Below are positions 49,040-63,378 of a stretch of DNA of 64,000 nt, in pieces. The translations under genes and the position numbers were made by a program. Location of the stretch: positions 143,904,001-143,968,000 of the forward strand of contig CM059431.1 in the NCBI GenBank assembly GCA_030390025.1, written 5' to 3'. The first letter of the stretch is position 1; every line of letters starts with the position of its first letter. Source of the stretch: Squalus acanthias (taxonomy: Eukaryota). The notes beneath the pieces are model-generated. The model did not search any database. It was not told where the DNA came from and was given only the letters and a program-made list of their open reading frames with translations.

Positions 49040-49206
49040 ATCCGAACTCCACAATCACTGAGTTCTTGGCAAAGTGCGACGGATACCGGCTGTTCCAGTT
49101 CACGAAATTCTACCGGGACAGACTGGAACAGGCGATTGAAGGAGGGGTGGACGGAGTCAGCTCGTTGTTAACAAACGAGATGCATTTCAGTGGAGAAGAA
49201 CATCGG
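49040..49206 (+). CDS. NLR-type gene exon 2 (first half of CARD-like domain)
   Basis: ccacAG acceptor; DPNSTITEFLAKCDGYRLFQFTKFYRDRLEQAIEGGVDGVSSLLTNEMHFSGEEHR|GTAAGT; phases 1 and 0 match the neighbouring exons. Confidence 0.85.
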
Positions 49207-49934
49207 GTAAGTGGCAGGGACACAGAATGAATTTGGGTATTCAAACATCACAGAACTGACAGGATCTTAGAAAGTTACTGAAGTGAAACAGGCCAAATAG
49301 GAAAGAAATGGATAAAACTGAAAATATTGTGAATTGAAACAATGATATAAAGATGTCAAAATACCCAAGGGATCCGTCAGTATCTGTACAAAGGACAAGG
49401 GAACGGTTCCGGTATAAGTCATGTTTGGACTGAAAGCAAAGGGAAACAATTTGAGTGGGACTGGGAAAAGGAGAGACCAGAGGCAGCAGACAGGGGTTAG
49501 AGGGAAGGTCATGAGTTGACTGACCTGCAAACTACTTAAAGAAAATTAAGGAACTGAGAGATGACAAAAAATCATCTGCAGATAAAAGAGAGGCATTTGA
49601 AGAACAAAAACAAGAATGTTAAAATGTATGAAACCTCAACAGGGAAACTAACCCCAAAACTGTGGGGATTGAAAGACCGAGGCCGTGCAGGGTTTATTTT
49701 CTCCTCCATACTTCACAGGGGGTCAATTTCAAATTTGGCGGAGGCGCGATACGGGCAGTGGAACCTGTCGTGGAGCGTCACTCCCTAGAGAGCACTTCAG
49801 GAAATTACAGCAAGCAGCCTGTAATGTTCTGTCAGTTACCTAATGGAATAGAACTAACTGGACATGATAATCGAGCAGGGTGTATAAAGATCGGTCTATC
49901 AGCTACCAGCCGTAGCCGTCAAGTTGAAAATGTA

Positions 49935-50688
49935 GGCAACCCAGTCTAATCCCAACCTTCTGCTCCCCGTTCATTACTGTTAATATCCAACCTAGTCTAA
50001 TCCTAACCTCCTGCTCATTACCCATTACTGTTAATATCCCACCTAGACTAATCCCAACCTCCTGCTCACTACCCATTACTGTTAATATCCCACCTAGTCT
50101 AATCCTAACCACCTGCTCATTACCCATTACTGTTAATATCCCACCTAGACTAATCCCAACCTCCTGCTCACTACCTATTACCGCTAATATCGCACCTAGT
50201 CTAATCCCAAACACCTGCTTACTGACTATTACTGTTATTATCCCACCTAGTCTAAACCTAACCGCCTGTTCACTACCCATTACTGTTAATATCCCACCTA
50301 GTCTAATCCTAACCGCCTGCTCACTACCCATTCCTGTTAATATCCCACCTAGTCTGATCCTAACCTCCTGCTCACTACCCATTACTGTTAATATCCCACC
50401 TAGTCTAATCCTAACCTCCTGCTCATTACGCATTACTGTTAATATCCCACATCGTCTAATCCCAATCTCCTGCTCACTGTCCATTACTGTTAATATCCCA
50501 CCTAGTCTAATCCTAACTGCCTGCTCACTACCCATTCTCGTTATTATCCCACCTAGTCTAATCCCAATCTCCTGCTCTTTAGCTATTAACGCTAATATCC
50601 CGCCTAATCTAATCCCAACCTCCTGCTCATTACCCATTACCGTTAATATCCCACCTAGTCTAGTCCCAACCTCCTGTTCATTCCTCAT
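49935..50688. repeat. 51-bp minisatellite, ~14-15 copies
   Basis: Unit ccacctagtctaatcctaacctcctgctcactacccattactgttaatatc. Confidence 0.95.
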
Positions 50689-51039
50689 ACTCTATATTTC
50701 CTTTTATCCACGGTAAAACAGAATCATCCAGTATCAAAAATTGTCGACTTACTTCCACAATAGTTGTGTGAGTGAATTATGCTTTCTAACCACCTCGTGC
50801 ATAATAGAGCTAAATGTTCTGCGCCTGAGATCTTGATGTGGAACGTCACTCCACAGGGGAACCTCAGGAAATTGAGCGTATTCAGTCTGTAATTTCCTGT
50901 CTGCTAACTTTAATGAATGAATTTCTACTTCATTTTGGGTACGGAGAGCAAGGCTGGATCTGAAATATTAAGAGTTGCATATTTTTATATTGTTTCACTG
51001 TTTAGAATATTTTTAAGAGATCCTGTCATTTATTTAATT

Positions 51040-51740
51040 TGAATTTTCCTGCAGTTAAATATTTGGAAGATTGAAGCATTGTATTCCACCCCCACCACAA
51101 ACACCGTCTCGACGCTTAATTTCATCTCCCTCCCCGGCCACTCTCTGAGGCTGGACCTGACGGTTCTCAAACTCGGCGTCGTAAATGCTCTCGAACTGAG
51201 CTTGAAACGCCATATCCTCTTCATGTCAAATACATCGTACTTCCACCTCCATAACATTACCATCCTCCACCCCTATCTCACCACATCTGCTGCTGAAAAC
51301 CACATACCTGCCTTTATCCCCTTTATACTTGATTATTCCAAAGCTCCCCTGGCCGGCCTCCCTTCCTCCGCCCACAGTAAACTTCAGCTCATCTAAAACT
51401 CTGCTGCCTGTACCCTGTCCTGCCCAGGGCCCACTCAGCTATCGCTCGTGTTCTCACTCACCTATTGTGGCTACTGGTCCTCAAATGCCTCTAATTTAAA
51501 ATTCCCAATCTCCTGTTCAAATCCCCTCATGGCCTCTCCCTTCCCTATCTCTGTAACCTCCTGCAGGCCGACAGGAGTCCCGCAACTCTAGAATTACCTG
51601 TTCCTCTAACTCTGGCACATCCTCCCCGCCTCCACCGGTGTTGACCGAGCATTTAGTTGCATAAGGCCCCATGCTCTGAAATTCACTCCTTAAAGCCCTC
51701 CACCTCTCCGCCTTCAACTCCTCCTTAAAACTTACCACTT
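51040..51740 (+). mobile_element. L2 LINE 3' remnant
   Basis: YFHLHNI...LDYSKAPLAGLP...KLQLI resembles the L2 ORF2 C-terminus. Confidence 0.8.
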
Positions 51741-52003
51741 TTTTGTTTCTTTAACTAAAATCATTAATATCTCATCCTTCTTGTTTTAGTTTCATCATAT
51801 TTATTTCCCATCATTGCTTTAATTCAAGATGTTTTGCAGAATATTCTGCCCATGTTCAGAACGGATCAGCCCACGGCCCAGTGACTGCTTTCTGTGCTCA
51901 AAACAATTAGGGAGATCCCATCACTGAGCAGATCCTTTCCTTCTCATTCTCAGTGTTTCTCTTTCACTCCGCTCCTCAATATATTCATTATTATTCTTTA
52001 CAG

Positions 52004-52175
52004 AAAGTCACTGAGCTCGCGGAGAATGGAAACCGGGCGGGAAGTTCCAAACTTCTCCTAAATCTGGTGATGGAGAAAGGCTCTCGGACCCGAAGGGTCA
52101 TGTGGGAATCCTTTGTGAAAATGCGCCATGGGGTGCCAAAGTTAGACAAAATACTGAAAGAAATGCAGGAATATG
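52004..52175 (+). CDS. NLR-type gene exon 3 (second half of CARD-like domain)
   Basis: tttacAG acceptor; KVTELAENGNRAGSSKLLLNLVMEKGSRTRRVMWESFVKMRHGVPKLDKILKEMQEY then G|GTAAA. Confidence 0.85.
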
Positions 52176-52280
52176 GTAAAGTTAAATAATACACTTTATT
52201 CAATTTCAGATTCAAACACTGCAGAATTTACTATAATATTACACAGGTATGATTACATGACAGTTAATTGATTTAAACAG

Positions 52281-52346
52281 GTTCTGATCCAGATAATTAC
52301 ATGAACATCGGAAGAGGTTTATCTGAACTCTCCAGTCAAGTGAAAG
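52281..52346 (+). CDS. NLR-type gene exon 4 (linker)
   Basis: aaacAG acceptor; GSDPDNYMNIGRGLSELSSQVK then G|GTAAGT; phase 1/1. No NACHT exon is visible in the window. Confidence 0.75.
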
Positions 52347-52609
52347 GTAAGTCATGAAATGGAAATTTCAAACCTTTTATTTCCCTTCAGATAATCAGAA
52401 TGATTGAATGTAACCGTTTGTTTAGAGGTTGTCAGTTTCTGGGAAACAGACGTCCAAAGTCTGAGGAAGATGAATTAATATTTATTTAGATTTTTCAATC
52501 TTATAATCTTCTGGGTAAATTGCAGTTACTATTCGCTTAGATTAGTGAATTATATGTCAATTTGCAGATTTTCTATTACTCCAGTTAATCCAGGTGCAGA
52601 ATGCTATCA

Positions 52610-55600
52610 GTTGTGAAACCCATATATATCTGGCAGGATCCTGATACGCTGTGAAACCCCATACACACCTGGCAGGATCCTGACACACTGAAACCCCATA
52701 CACACCTGGCAGGATCCTGATACACTGTGAAACCCCAATACACACCTGGCTGGATCCTGATACACGGGGAAACCCCATACACACCTGGCAGGCTCCTGAT
52801 ACACTGTGAAACCACGTACACTCCTGGCAGGATCCTGATACACTGTGAAACCCCATACACAACTGGCAGGATCCTGATACACTGTGAAACCCCATACACA
52901 CCTGGCAGTTCTGATTCCAGTGAACCACTCTGGCAGGAACTTCCCATTAGACCACCTTGGCATGATCCTGTTACACCTGTGAAACCACGTTACACACCTG
53001 GCAGGATCCTGATCACACTGGAAACCTCATACACACCATGGCAGGATCGCTGATTCCCCGTGAAGACCCCAGACACACTCTTCCCAGTGAAAACCCAAAG
53101 ACACCTGGCAGGATCCTGATACACTGAGAAACCCCATACAAGCCTGGCAGGATCCTGATACACTGAGAAACCCCATACAAACCTGGCAGGATTCTGATAT
53201 TCTGTGAAATCCCATACACACCTGGCATGCTCCTGATATTCTGTGTAAACCCATACACACATGGCATGATCCTGAAAAAGTGTGGCACCCCATACACACC
53301 TGGCAGGAACCTGATACACTGAGAAACCCCATAAACACCTGCCAGGATCCGTATACACTGCGAAACCCCATACAAACCTGGCAGGATTCTGACACACAGT
53401 GAAACCCCATACACACCTGGCAGAATCCCGATAAACTGTGAAACCCCGTACACACCTGGCAGAGTCCCGATACACTGTGAACCCCCATACACACCTGGCA
53501 GGATCCTGATTACAGTGAAACGCCATACACACCTGGCAGGATCCTGATATACTGTGAAACACCATACAAACCTGGCATGATCCAGATACACTGTGGAACA
53601 GCTTACACACTTGGCAGCATCATGATACACTGTGAATCCCCATATACAACTGGCAGGATCCTGATACACTGTGAATCCCCATACACACCTGCCAGGTTCC
53701 TGATACACTGAGAAACACCATACAAACCTGGCATGATTAAGATACACTGTGGAACAGCTTACATACTTGGCAGCATCCTGATACATTGTGAAACCCCATA
53801 CACACCTGACAGCATTTTTATATGCTGTGAAACCCCTAATACAGCTGGCAACATCCTGCTACACTGTGAAACACCATACACACCTGACAGCATCACGATA
53901 CACTGTAAAATCCCATACACACCTGGCAGGTTCCTGATTCACTTTGAAACCTCATACACATCTGGCAAGATCCTGATACAGTATGATATGCATACACATC
54001 TCTCAGAATCCTGATACAAGGTGAAATCCCATCCACACCTGGCAGGATCCTTATACACTGCGAAAAACCGTTCACACCTGGCACGCTCCTGAGACACAAT
54101 TAAACCCCCGACATACATGACAGCATCCTGATACACTTTGAAACCCCATTACACAGCTGGCAGGAACCAGATACACTGTGCAACGCCATACAGAATTGGC
54201 AGGCTCCTGATACACTGTGAAACACCATACACACCTGGCAGGTTGCTGATACACTGTGAAACCCCTCACACGCCTGGCAGGATCATGATGCATTTTGAAA
54301 CCTCAGAAAAACCTGATGGCATTCCGATGCACTGTTAAATCACATACACACCTGGCAGTTTCCTGATTATTTATGAAACCCCATACAAATCTGGCAGGTT
54401 CCTGATACACTGTGAAACCCCATACACACGTGAAAGATTCCTGATGCACTGCTTAACCTCATACACACCTGGAAGAATCCCGATACACTGTGAAACCCCA
54501 TACACACCTGACCGCTTTCTAATACACTGTGAAACCCCACACACACCTGGCAGAATCCCGATACACTGTGAAACCCCATACGCACCTGGCAGGATCCTGA
54601 TACACTGAGAAACCCCATACACACCTGGCCGGATCCTGATACACTGTGAAACTCCATACACACCTGGCAGGAACCTGATACACGGTGAAACTATCATAAA
54701 CACCTGTCACGTTTCTGATAGACTCTGAAAACCCATACACACCTGGCAGGATCCTGATACACTACGAAGCCCCATACACAACTGACAGGATCCTTATGCA
54801 CTGAGAAACCCCATACACACCTGGCAGGATCCTGCTACAATTTGGAACCCCATACACATCTGGCAGAATCCTTATAAACTGTGATCAGATACACACCTCA
54901 CAGGTTCCTGATACATTGTGAAAGCCCAGACAGTCCAGACAAATTCCTGATGCACTGTGAAATCCCATACACACCAGACAGCATTAAGATACACTGGCAA
55001 AGCCCATACACACCTGGCAAAATCTTTATACACGGTGATACCCCATGCACATCTCGCAGGATCCTGATATACTGTGAAACCCCATACACACCTGGCAAGA
55101 TTCTGATACACTGTGATACCCAATGCACATCTCGAAGGATCCGGATACACTGTGAAAACCCATATACATCTGGCAGGACCTTGATGCACTGAGAAACCCA
55201 TAAGCACCTGGCAGTTTCGTGATACACTTGAAACCCCATACACATCTGGCAGAATCATGATAAACTATGAAATCCCATACACACCTGGAAGTTTCCTGAT
55301 ACACTTTGAAAACCCATACACATCTGGCAGGTCATTGATGCACTGTGAAACCCCATGCAAACCTGGCAAGATCCTAATACATTGTGAAATCCCATACATA
55401 TCTGGCAGAAACCTGATACACTCGGAAATCCCATACACAACTGGAAGATTACTGATGCAACCCCATACACACCTGGCAGGGTCCAGATACAATGTGAAAC
55501 ACCATACACGCCTGGCAGGATCCTGCTACACTGTGAAACCCCATACAACCCTGGCAGGTTCATGATAAATTCTGAAGGATGATACAGACCTGACGGCATC

Positions 55601-58600
55601 CCGATTCATTCTGAAATCCGATACACACCTGACATGTTCATGACGCACTGTGAAACCCCATACACATCTGGCAGAATCCCGATATACTGTGAAACCCACA
55701 CACACCTGGTAGGTTCCTGATACAATGTCAAACCGCATACAAACCTGGCAGGATCCTGATACATTTTGAAACCCCATACACATCTGGCAGGATCCTGATA
55801 GACTGTGAAAACACAAACACATCTGGCAGGATCCTGTTAATTTGTGAAAGGCCAGACACACCAGGCAGTATCCTGATACACTTTGAAATCCTTTACTTAC
55901 CTGCCAGGTTCCTGATGCACTGTGAAAGCCCATACACACCTGGCAGGAACCTGATCCACTGTGAAACCCCATACACACCTGGGAGGGTCCTGATAAACTG
56001 TGATACACCATAAACATCTGGCAGGTTCCTGATACACTCTGAAATCCCATACACACCCGTAGGTTTGCTGATACACTGTGAAACCCCTTACACACCTGGC
56101 AGAATCCTGATACAGTGTGAAACTCCTTACACACCTGACAGGATTCTGATACACAGTGAAACTCCTTACACGCCTGACAGTATTCTGATACATTGTGGAA
56201 TCCCATAAACACCAGGCAGGATCCAGATACACTGTGAAACAGCATACACATTTGGCAGGATCCTGAAACACTGAGAAACCCCATACACACCTGGCAGGAT
56301 CCTGATATATTGTGCAACCCCATGCACACCTGTCAGGATCCTGATAAAATGTGAAATAACAGACACACCTTCAGGATCCTGATACACTTTGAAATCCCAT
56401 AAACAATTCTCAGGATCCTGACACTGTGAAACCCCATGCACACCTGGCAGGATCCTGTGTACTGTGAAACCCCACAAACATCTGTCAGGATCCTGTAACA
56501 ATGTGAAATCCCATCTATACCTGGCAGGTTCCTGATACACAGAAAAAAAAACATACACACCTGACAGCACCCTGATACACTGTGAAACCCTATACATAGC
56601 TGGCAGGATCCTGATACACTGTAAAACCGCATACACCGCTGGCAAGATCCTGATAAATTGTGAAACCCGATACACACCTGGCAGGATTATGATACACTGT
56701 GAAACCCCATACACAGCTGGCAGGATCGTGATACACTGTGATACCCCATATACATCTGGCAGGATCCTGATGCACTGTGAAACCTCTTGAACATCTGGCA
56801 GGATCCTGATGCACTGTGAAACACCATACACACCTGTAAGTTTCCTGATACACTGTGAAATCCCATACACATCTGGCAGTATCCTGATACACTATGAAAT
56901 CCCATACACAACTGGAAGATTCCTGATGCACTGTGAATCCCCATACACACCTGGCAGAATCCCGATACACTGTGAAACCCCATTCACACCTGGCAGTTTA
57001 CGGATACAATGTGAAACCCCATATACACCAGGCAGGTTCTTGATAGACTGAAACCCCAAACACCTGGCAGGATCCTGATAAACTGAAATTCCATACACAC
57101 CTGGCAGGATCCTGATACACTGTCAAACTCCATACGCAATTTGCAGTTTCCTGATACACTTTGAAACCGCATAACACCTGGCAGGATCTCGATACACTGA
57201 AACCCCATACACACCTGGCATGATTCCGATACACTATGCAATCCCATTCACAACTGCAAGATTCCTGATGCTAAGTGAAACCCCATACACACCTGGTAGG
57301 TTCCTGATACAATGTGAAACCCCATACACACCCGGTAGGTTCCTGATACAATGTGAAACCCCATACACACCTGGTAGGTTCCTGATACAATGTGAAACCA
57401 CATAGTCAACTGGCAGGTTCCTGCTACACTTTGAAACCCCGTACACATCTGGCAGGATCCTTAAACACTGTGAAATCAGATACATACCTGAGAGTTTCCT
57501 GATACACTGTGAAATCCCAGACACACCTGGCAGTACCCTGATACACGGTGAAACCCCATAAAGACGTGGCAGAAGCTTGATAAAATGTGATACCCCAAAC
57601 ACGTCTAGCAGGTTCCTGATAGACTTTGAAACCCCATACACACTTGTAAGTTTGCTGATACACTGTCAAACCCCATACACAGCTGGCAGGATCCAGATAA
57701 ACTAGGAAATCCCATACAGAACTGGAAGATTCCAGAAGCACTGTGAATCCCCGTACACACCTGGCAGAATCCTGAAACATTGTGAAACTCCATGCATACC
57801 AGGTAGGATCCAGGTACACTGTGAAACCCCATACACACCTAGCAGGATTCTGATACACTGTGAAGCTCCATTCACACCTGGCAGGATCCTGATACGCTGT
57901 GAAACCCCATACACACTTGGCAGGATTCTGATACACTTTGAAACCTCATACACACCTGTCAGGATCCTGATACACTGTGAAACCCCATACACACCTGGCA
58001 AGATCCTGATACACTGTGAAACCCCATATAGAGCTGGCAGAATCCTGATACACTATGAAACCCCATACACACCTGGCAGGATTCTGATACAATGTGAAGC
58101 TCCATTCACACCTGGGAGGATCCTGATATACTGTAAAACCCCATACACACCTGTCAGGACCGTGATATTCTGTGAAGCCCCATACACATCTGGCAGGATC
58201 CTGATGCACTGTGAAACCCCATAAACATCTGGCAGGATCCTGAAGCACTGTGAAACAACATACACACCTGGTAGTTTCCTGATACACTGTGAAACCCCAT
58301 ACACATCTGGCAGTATCCTGATACACTATGAAATCCCATACACAACTGGAAAATTCCTGATGCACTGTGAATCCCCATACACACCTGGCAGAATCCCGAT
58401 ACACTGTGAAACCCCATTCACACCTGGCAGGTTCCTGATAAAATGTGAAACTCCATATACCCAAGACAGGTTCCTCATACACTGAAACCCCAAACACCTG
58501 GCAGGACCTTGATAAACTGAAACCCCATACACACCTGGCATGATCCTGATGCACTGTGAAACTCCATACACACCTGGCAGGATCTTGATACACTGTGAGA

Positions 58601-60779
58601 CCCCATACGCTCATGGCAGGATCCTGATACTCTGAGAAACCCCATACACACCTGGCAGGATCCCAATACACTGTGAAACACCATACACACCTGGCATGAT
58701 CCTGATACACCATGCAATCCCATACACAACTGCAAGATTCCTGATGCACTGTGAAACCCCAAACGCACATTGCAGAATCCTGATACAATTTGAAATCCCA
58801 AATAAACCTGGCAGGTTCCTGATACACTGTGAAACCCCATACACACCTGGCAGGTTCCTGATAAACTGTCAAGCCCCATACACAGCTGGCAGGATCCTGA
58901 TACACTGTGAATCCCATACACACCTGGCAGAATCCCGATACACTGTGAAACCCCATACACACCTGGTAGGTTCCTGATACCATGTGAAACCACATATTCA
59001 ACTGGTAGCTTACTGCAACGCTTTGAAACGACGTACACATCTGGCAGGATCCTTAACCACTGTGAAATAAGTAAATACCTCAGAGTTTCCTGATAGACTG
59101 TGAAAGACCAGACCCAACAGGCCTGATCCTGATAAACTGTGATACCCCATACACATCTGGCAGGTTCCTCAAACACTGAGAAAATCCATACACTCCTGGC
59201 AGGATCCTGATACATTGTGAAACCCCATACACACCTGGCAGGATCCTGATGCACTGTGAAACCCCTTACACACCGGCAGAATCCTGATACACTGTGAAAC
59301 CCCATACACAGCTGGCAGCATCTTGATACACTGTGAAACCCCATACACACTTCGCAGCATCCGGATGCACTGTGAAACCCCACACACATCTGGCAGGATC
59401 CTGATACAATGTGAAACCCCATACACGTCTGGCAGGATCCTGATACATTGTGAAACCCCATACACAGCTGGCAGGATCCAGGTACACTGTGAAACCGCAT
59501 ACACAGCTGGCAGGATCCTGATACACTGTGAAACCCCATACACATCTGGCAGGTTAATGATACACTGTGAAACCACGTTAACACTTCGCAGGATCCAGAT
59601 ACGCTGTGAAACCCCACACACATCTGGCAGGATCCAGATACACTGTCAAACCGCATACACAGCTGGCAGCATCCTGATATACGGTGAAACCCCATACACT
59701 CCTAGCAGGTTCATGATACATTGTGAAACACCATACAGACCTGACGGCATCCCGATACACTCTGAAATCCGATACATACCTGGCAGGATCCTGATACTCT
59801 GTGAAACTACATACATATCTGGCAAAATCCCGATGCACTGTGAAAACCCATACACACCTGGTGGGTTCCAGATTCAATGTGAAAACCCATACTCAGCTGG
59901 CAGGATCCTGATAGACTGTGAAAGGACATACACACTTGGCAGGATTCGGATGAACTGTGAAAGCCCGTACCGACCTGTCAGGTTCCTGATACACTGTCAA
60001 ACCCCATACACACCTGTCAGGATCCTGATACACTGTGAAACCCCACACACACCTGGCAGTGTTCTGATAAACTGTGATACCCCATACACATCTGGCAAGT
60101 TCCTGATACACTGTGAAACCCCATGCACACCCGTAAGTTTGCTGATACACTGTGAAACCCCTTACACACCTGGCAGAATCCTGATAGACTGTGAAACTCC
60201 TTACAAACCTGACAGGATTCTGATACACAGTGAAACTCCTTACACACCTGACAGAAATCTGATAAACTGTGGAATCCCATACACAACATGCAGGATCCAG
60301 ATAAACTGTGAAAGAGCTTACACACTTGGCAGGATCCTGATATACTTTGAAACCTCATTCACAACTGGCATGATCCTGGGAACTGTGAAATCCAATAAAC
60401 ATCTGGCAGGATCCATATAAAATGTGAAACCCCATACATAGCTCGAAATTTCCTGAGACAATGTGAAAACCCATCCACACTGGTAGGATCCTGATAAATG
60501 GCGAATAACCCATTCATACCTGGCAGGTTACTGATACATTGCAAAACCCCTAACACAGCAGGCAGCATCCTGCTACACTGTGAAATCCCATTCGTACCTG
60601 ACAGCATCCTGATACACTGTGAAACCCGATACACAGCAGGCAGGATCTTGATACACTTTCAAACCCCATACACAGCTGGAAGGATCCTGATACACGGTGA
60701 AACCCCTTACAGTCCTTGCAGGATCCTGTGGACTGTGAAACCCCACAAATCTCTGTCAGGATCCCGATACAATGTAAAA
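52610..60779. repeat. 39-bp satellite array
   Basis: Unit actgtgaaaccccatacacacctggcaggatcctgatac over ~8 kb. Confidence 0.97.
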
Positions 60780-62088
60780 GATGTATCGGCAGAGAACTAG
60801 GAAAACAGGTAAATCATGCTTGACTAATCTACTGGAATTTTTTGAGTATGTAACTGGTAGAATAGATAAGGGAGAACCAGTGGATGTGGTGCATTTGGAC
60901 TTTCAGAAGGCTTTCGATAAGGTCCCACATAAGAGATTAGCGTGCAAAGTTAAAGCACACGGGATTGGGGGTAATGTATTGTCTTGGATAGAGAACAGGT
61001 TTGCAGACAGGAAGCAAAGAGTTGGAATAAAGGTCTTTTTACCGAGTGGCAGGAAGTGACTAGTGGAATACCGAAGGGATCGGTGCTAGTACCCCAGATA
61101 TTCACAATATATATAAATGATCTAGACGAGGGAACTAGATGTAATATCTCCAAGTTTGCAGATGCCACAAAGCTGAGTGGGAGTGTGTGCTGTGAGGAGA
61201 TTGCAGATAAACTCCAGTATGATTTGGACAGGTTGGGTGATTGAGCAGATGCATGGCAGATGCAGTACAATGTGGATAAATGCGAGGTTATTCACTTCGG
61301 TGGCAAAAACAGGAAGACATATTATTACCTGAATGGCAATAGATTGGGAAAAGGGGAAGTGCAACGAGACGTGGGTGTCCTTGTTCACCAGTCGCTGAAG
61401 GTAAACATGCAAGTGCAGCAGGTGGTTAAGAAGGCAAAATGAATGTTGGCCTTCAAAGCAAGAGGATTCGAGTACAGGAGCAAGGATGCCTTGCGGCAGT
61501 TGTACAGGGCCTTGGTGACACCACACCTTGAATATTGTGTGCAGTTTTAGTCACCTTATCTGAGGAATGATGTTCTTGACATGGAGAGAGTGCAGCGAAG
61601 ATTCACCAGACTGATACCTGGGATTGCAGGAATGAAGTATGAGTAGAGATTGGGCCGATTAGGCTTATATTCGCGAGAGTTCTGAAGAATGAGAGGAGAT
61701 CTCATTGAAACTTATAAAATTCTAACAGGACTAGACAGACTAGATGAAGGCAGGGTGTTCCCGATGGCGTGGAGTCCAGAACTAGGGGTCACAGTCTAAT
61801 GATAAAGGGTAAGCCATTTAGGACTGAGATGAGGAGGAATTTCTTCACCCAGAGAGTGGTGAACCTGTGGAATTCTGTACCACACAAGGCAGTTGAGGCC
61901 AATTCATTAAATATATTCAAGAAGGAGTTAGATATATTTCTTAAGGCTGAAGGGATGAAGGGATATGGGGAGAAAGCAGCGACAGGGAACTGAATTTGGA
62001 TGATCAGCAATGATCTCATTAAATGGTGGAAATGGCTGGCGGGGCCGAATGGCCTACTCCTGCTCCTATCTTAGATGTTTCTATGTTT
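60780..62088 (+). mobile_element. 5'-truncated CR1 LINE inserted in the satellite
   Basis: GKSCLTNLLEFF...DFQKAFDKVPH...KFAD; tail atgtttctatgttt; candidate TSD caatgtaaaa at 60770-60779 and 62089-62098. Confidence 0.92.
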
Positions 62089-63378
62089 CAATGTAAAACG
62101 CCATACACATCTCGCAGGATCCTGAAACAACGTGAAATCCCATCCACAACTGCCAGGTTCCCGAAACACTGAAACCCCATACACCCATGACAGAATCCTG
62201 ATACACTGTGAAAGCCCATTAACACCTGGCAGGATCCAGGTACACTGTCAAATCGCATACACAGCTGATAGGATCCTGATACACTGTGAAACCCACTCAC
62301 ACCTGGCAGGTTCATGATATATATGGGAAACACCATACAGACCTGACGGCATCCCGACATGCTCTGAAATCTGATACATACCTGACAGGATTCTGATACA
62401 CTCTTAAAACCAATACATATCTGGCAGAAACCCGATACACTGTGAAAACCTATACACACCTGGTAGGTTCCAGATTCAATGTGAAAACCCATACTCAGCT
62501 GGCAGGATCCTGAAACACTGAAACCCCATACACATCTGACAGCCTCCGGATAAACTGTGAAAGCCCGTACCTACCTTATAGGTTCCTGATACACTGTCAA
62601 AGCCCATACACACCTGGCAGGATCCTGATACACTGTGAAACCCTATACACACCTGGCAGGGTTCTGATAAACTGTGATACCCCATACACATAAGGCAAGT
62701 TCCTGATACACTGTGAAACCCCATGCACACCCGTAACTTTGCTGATACACTGTGAAATCCCTTACACACCTGGCAGAATCCTGATACACTGTGAAACTCC
62801 TTACACACCTGACAGGATTCTGATACACAGTGAAACTCCTTACACACCTGACAGGAACTGATAAACTGTGGCATCCCATAAACAATATGCAGGTTCCAGA
62901 TGAACTGTGAAAGAGCTTACACACTTGGCAGGATCCTGATACACTGAGAACCCCCATGCACAACTGGCATGATCCTGTGAACTGTGAAATCCAATAAACA
63001 TCTGGCAGGATCCATATAAAATGTGAAACCCCATACACAGCTCGAAATTTCCTGAGACAATGTGAAAACCCATCCACACTGGCAGGATCCTGATACACTG
63101 CGATAATCCATTCATACCTGGCAGGTTCCTGATACATTGTGAAACCCCTAACACAGCAGGCAGGATCCTGCTACACTGCGAAACCCCATACACAGCTGAC
63201 AGCATCCTGATACACTGTCAAACCCGATACACAGCAGGCAGGATCTGTTTAAACTGTCAAACCCCATATACAGCTGGCAGGATCCTGATACACTGTGAAA
63301 CCCCTTACAGTCCTTGCAGGATCCTGTGGACTGTGAAACCCCACAAATATCTGTCTGGATCCCGATACAATTTAAAAG
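62089..63378. repeat. 39-bp satellite array (continued)
   Basis: Same unit as 52610-60779. Confidence 0.95.

Noticed and set aside
49903..50688. 261-aa repetitive ORF (MGSEQEVRIRLGGILTV)n
   Set aside because: Product of a 51-bp minisatellite, antisense within an intron.
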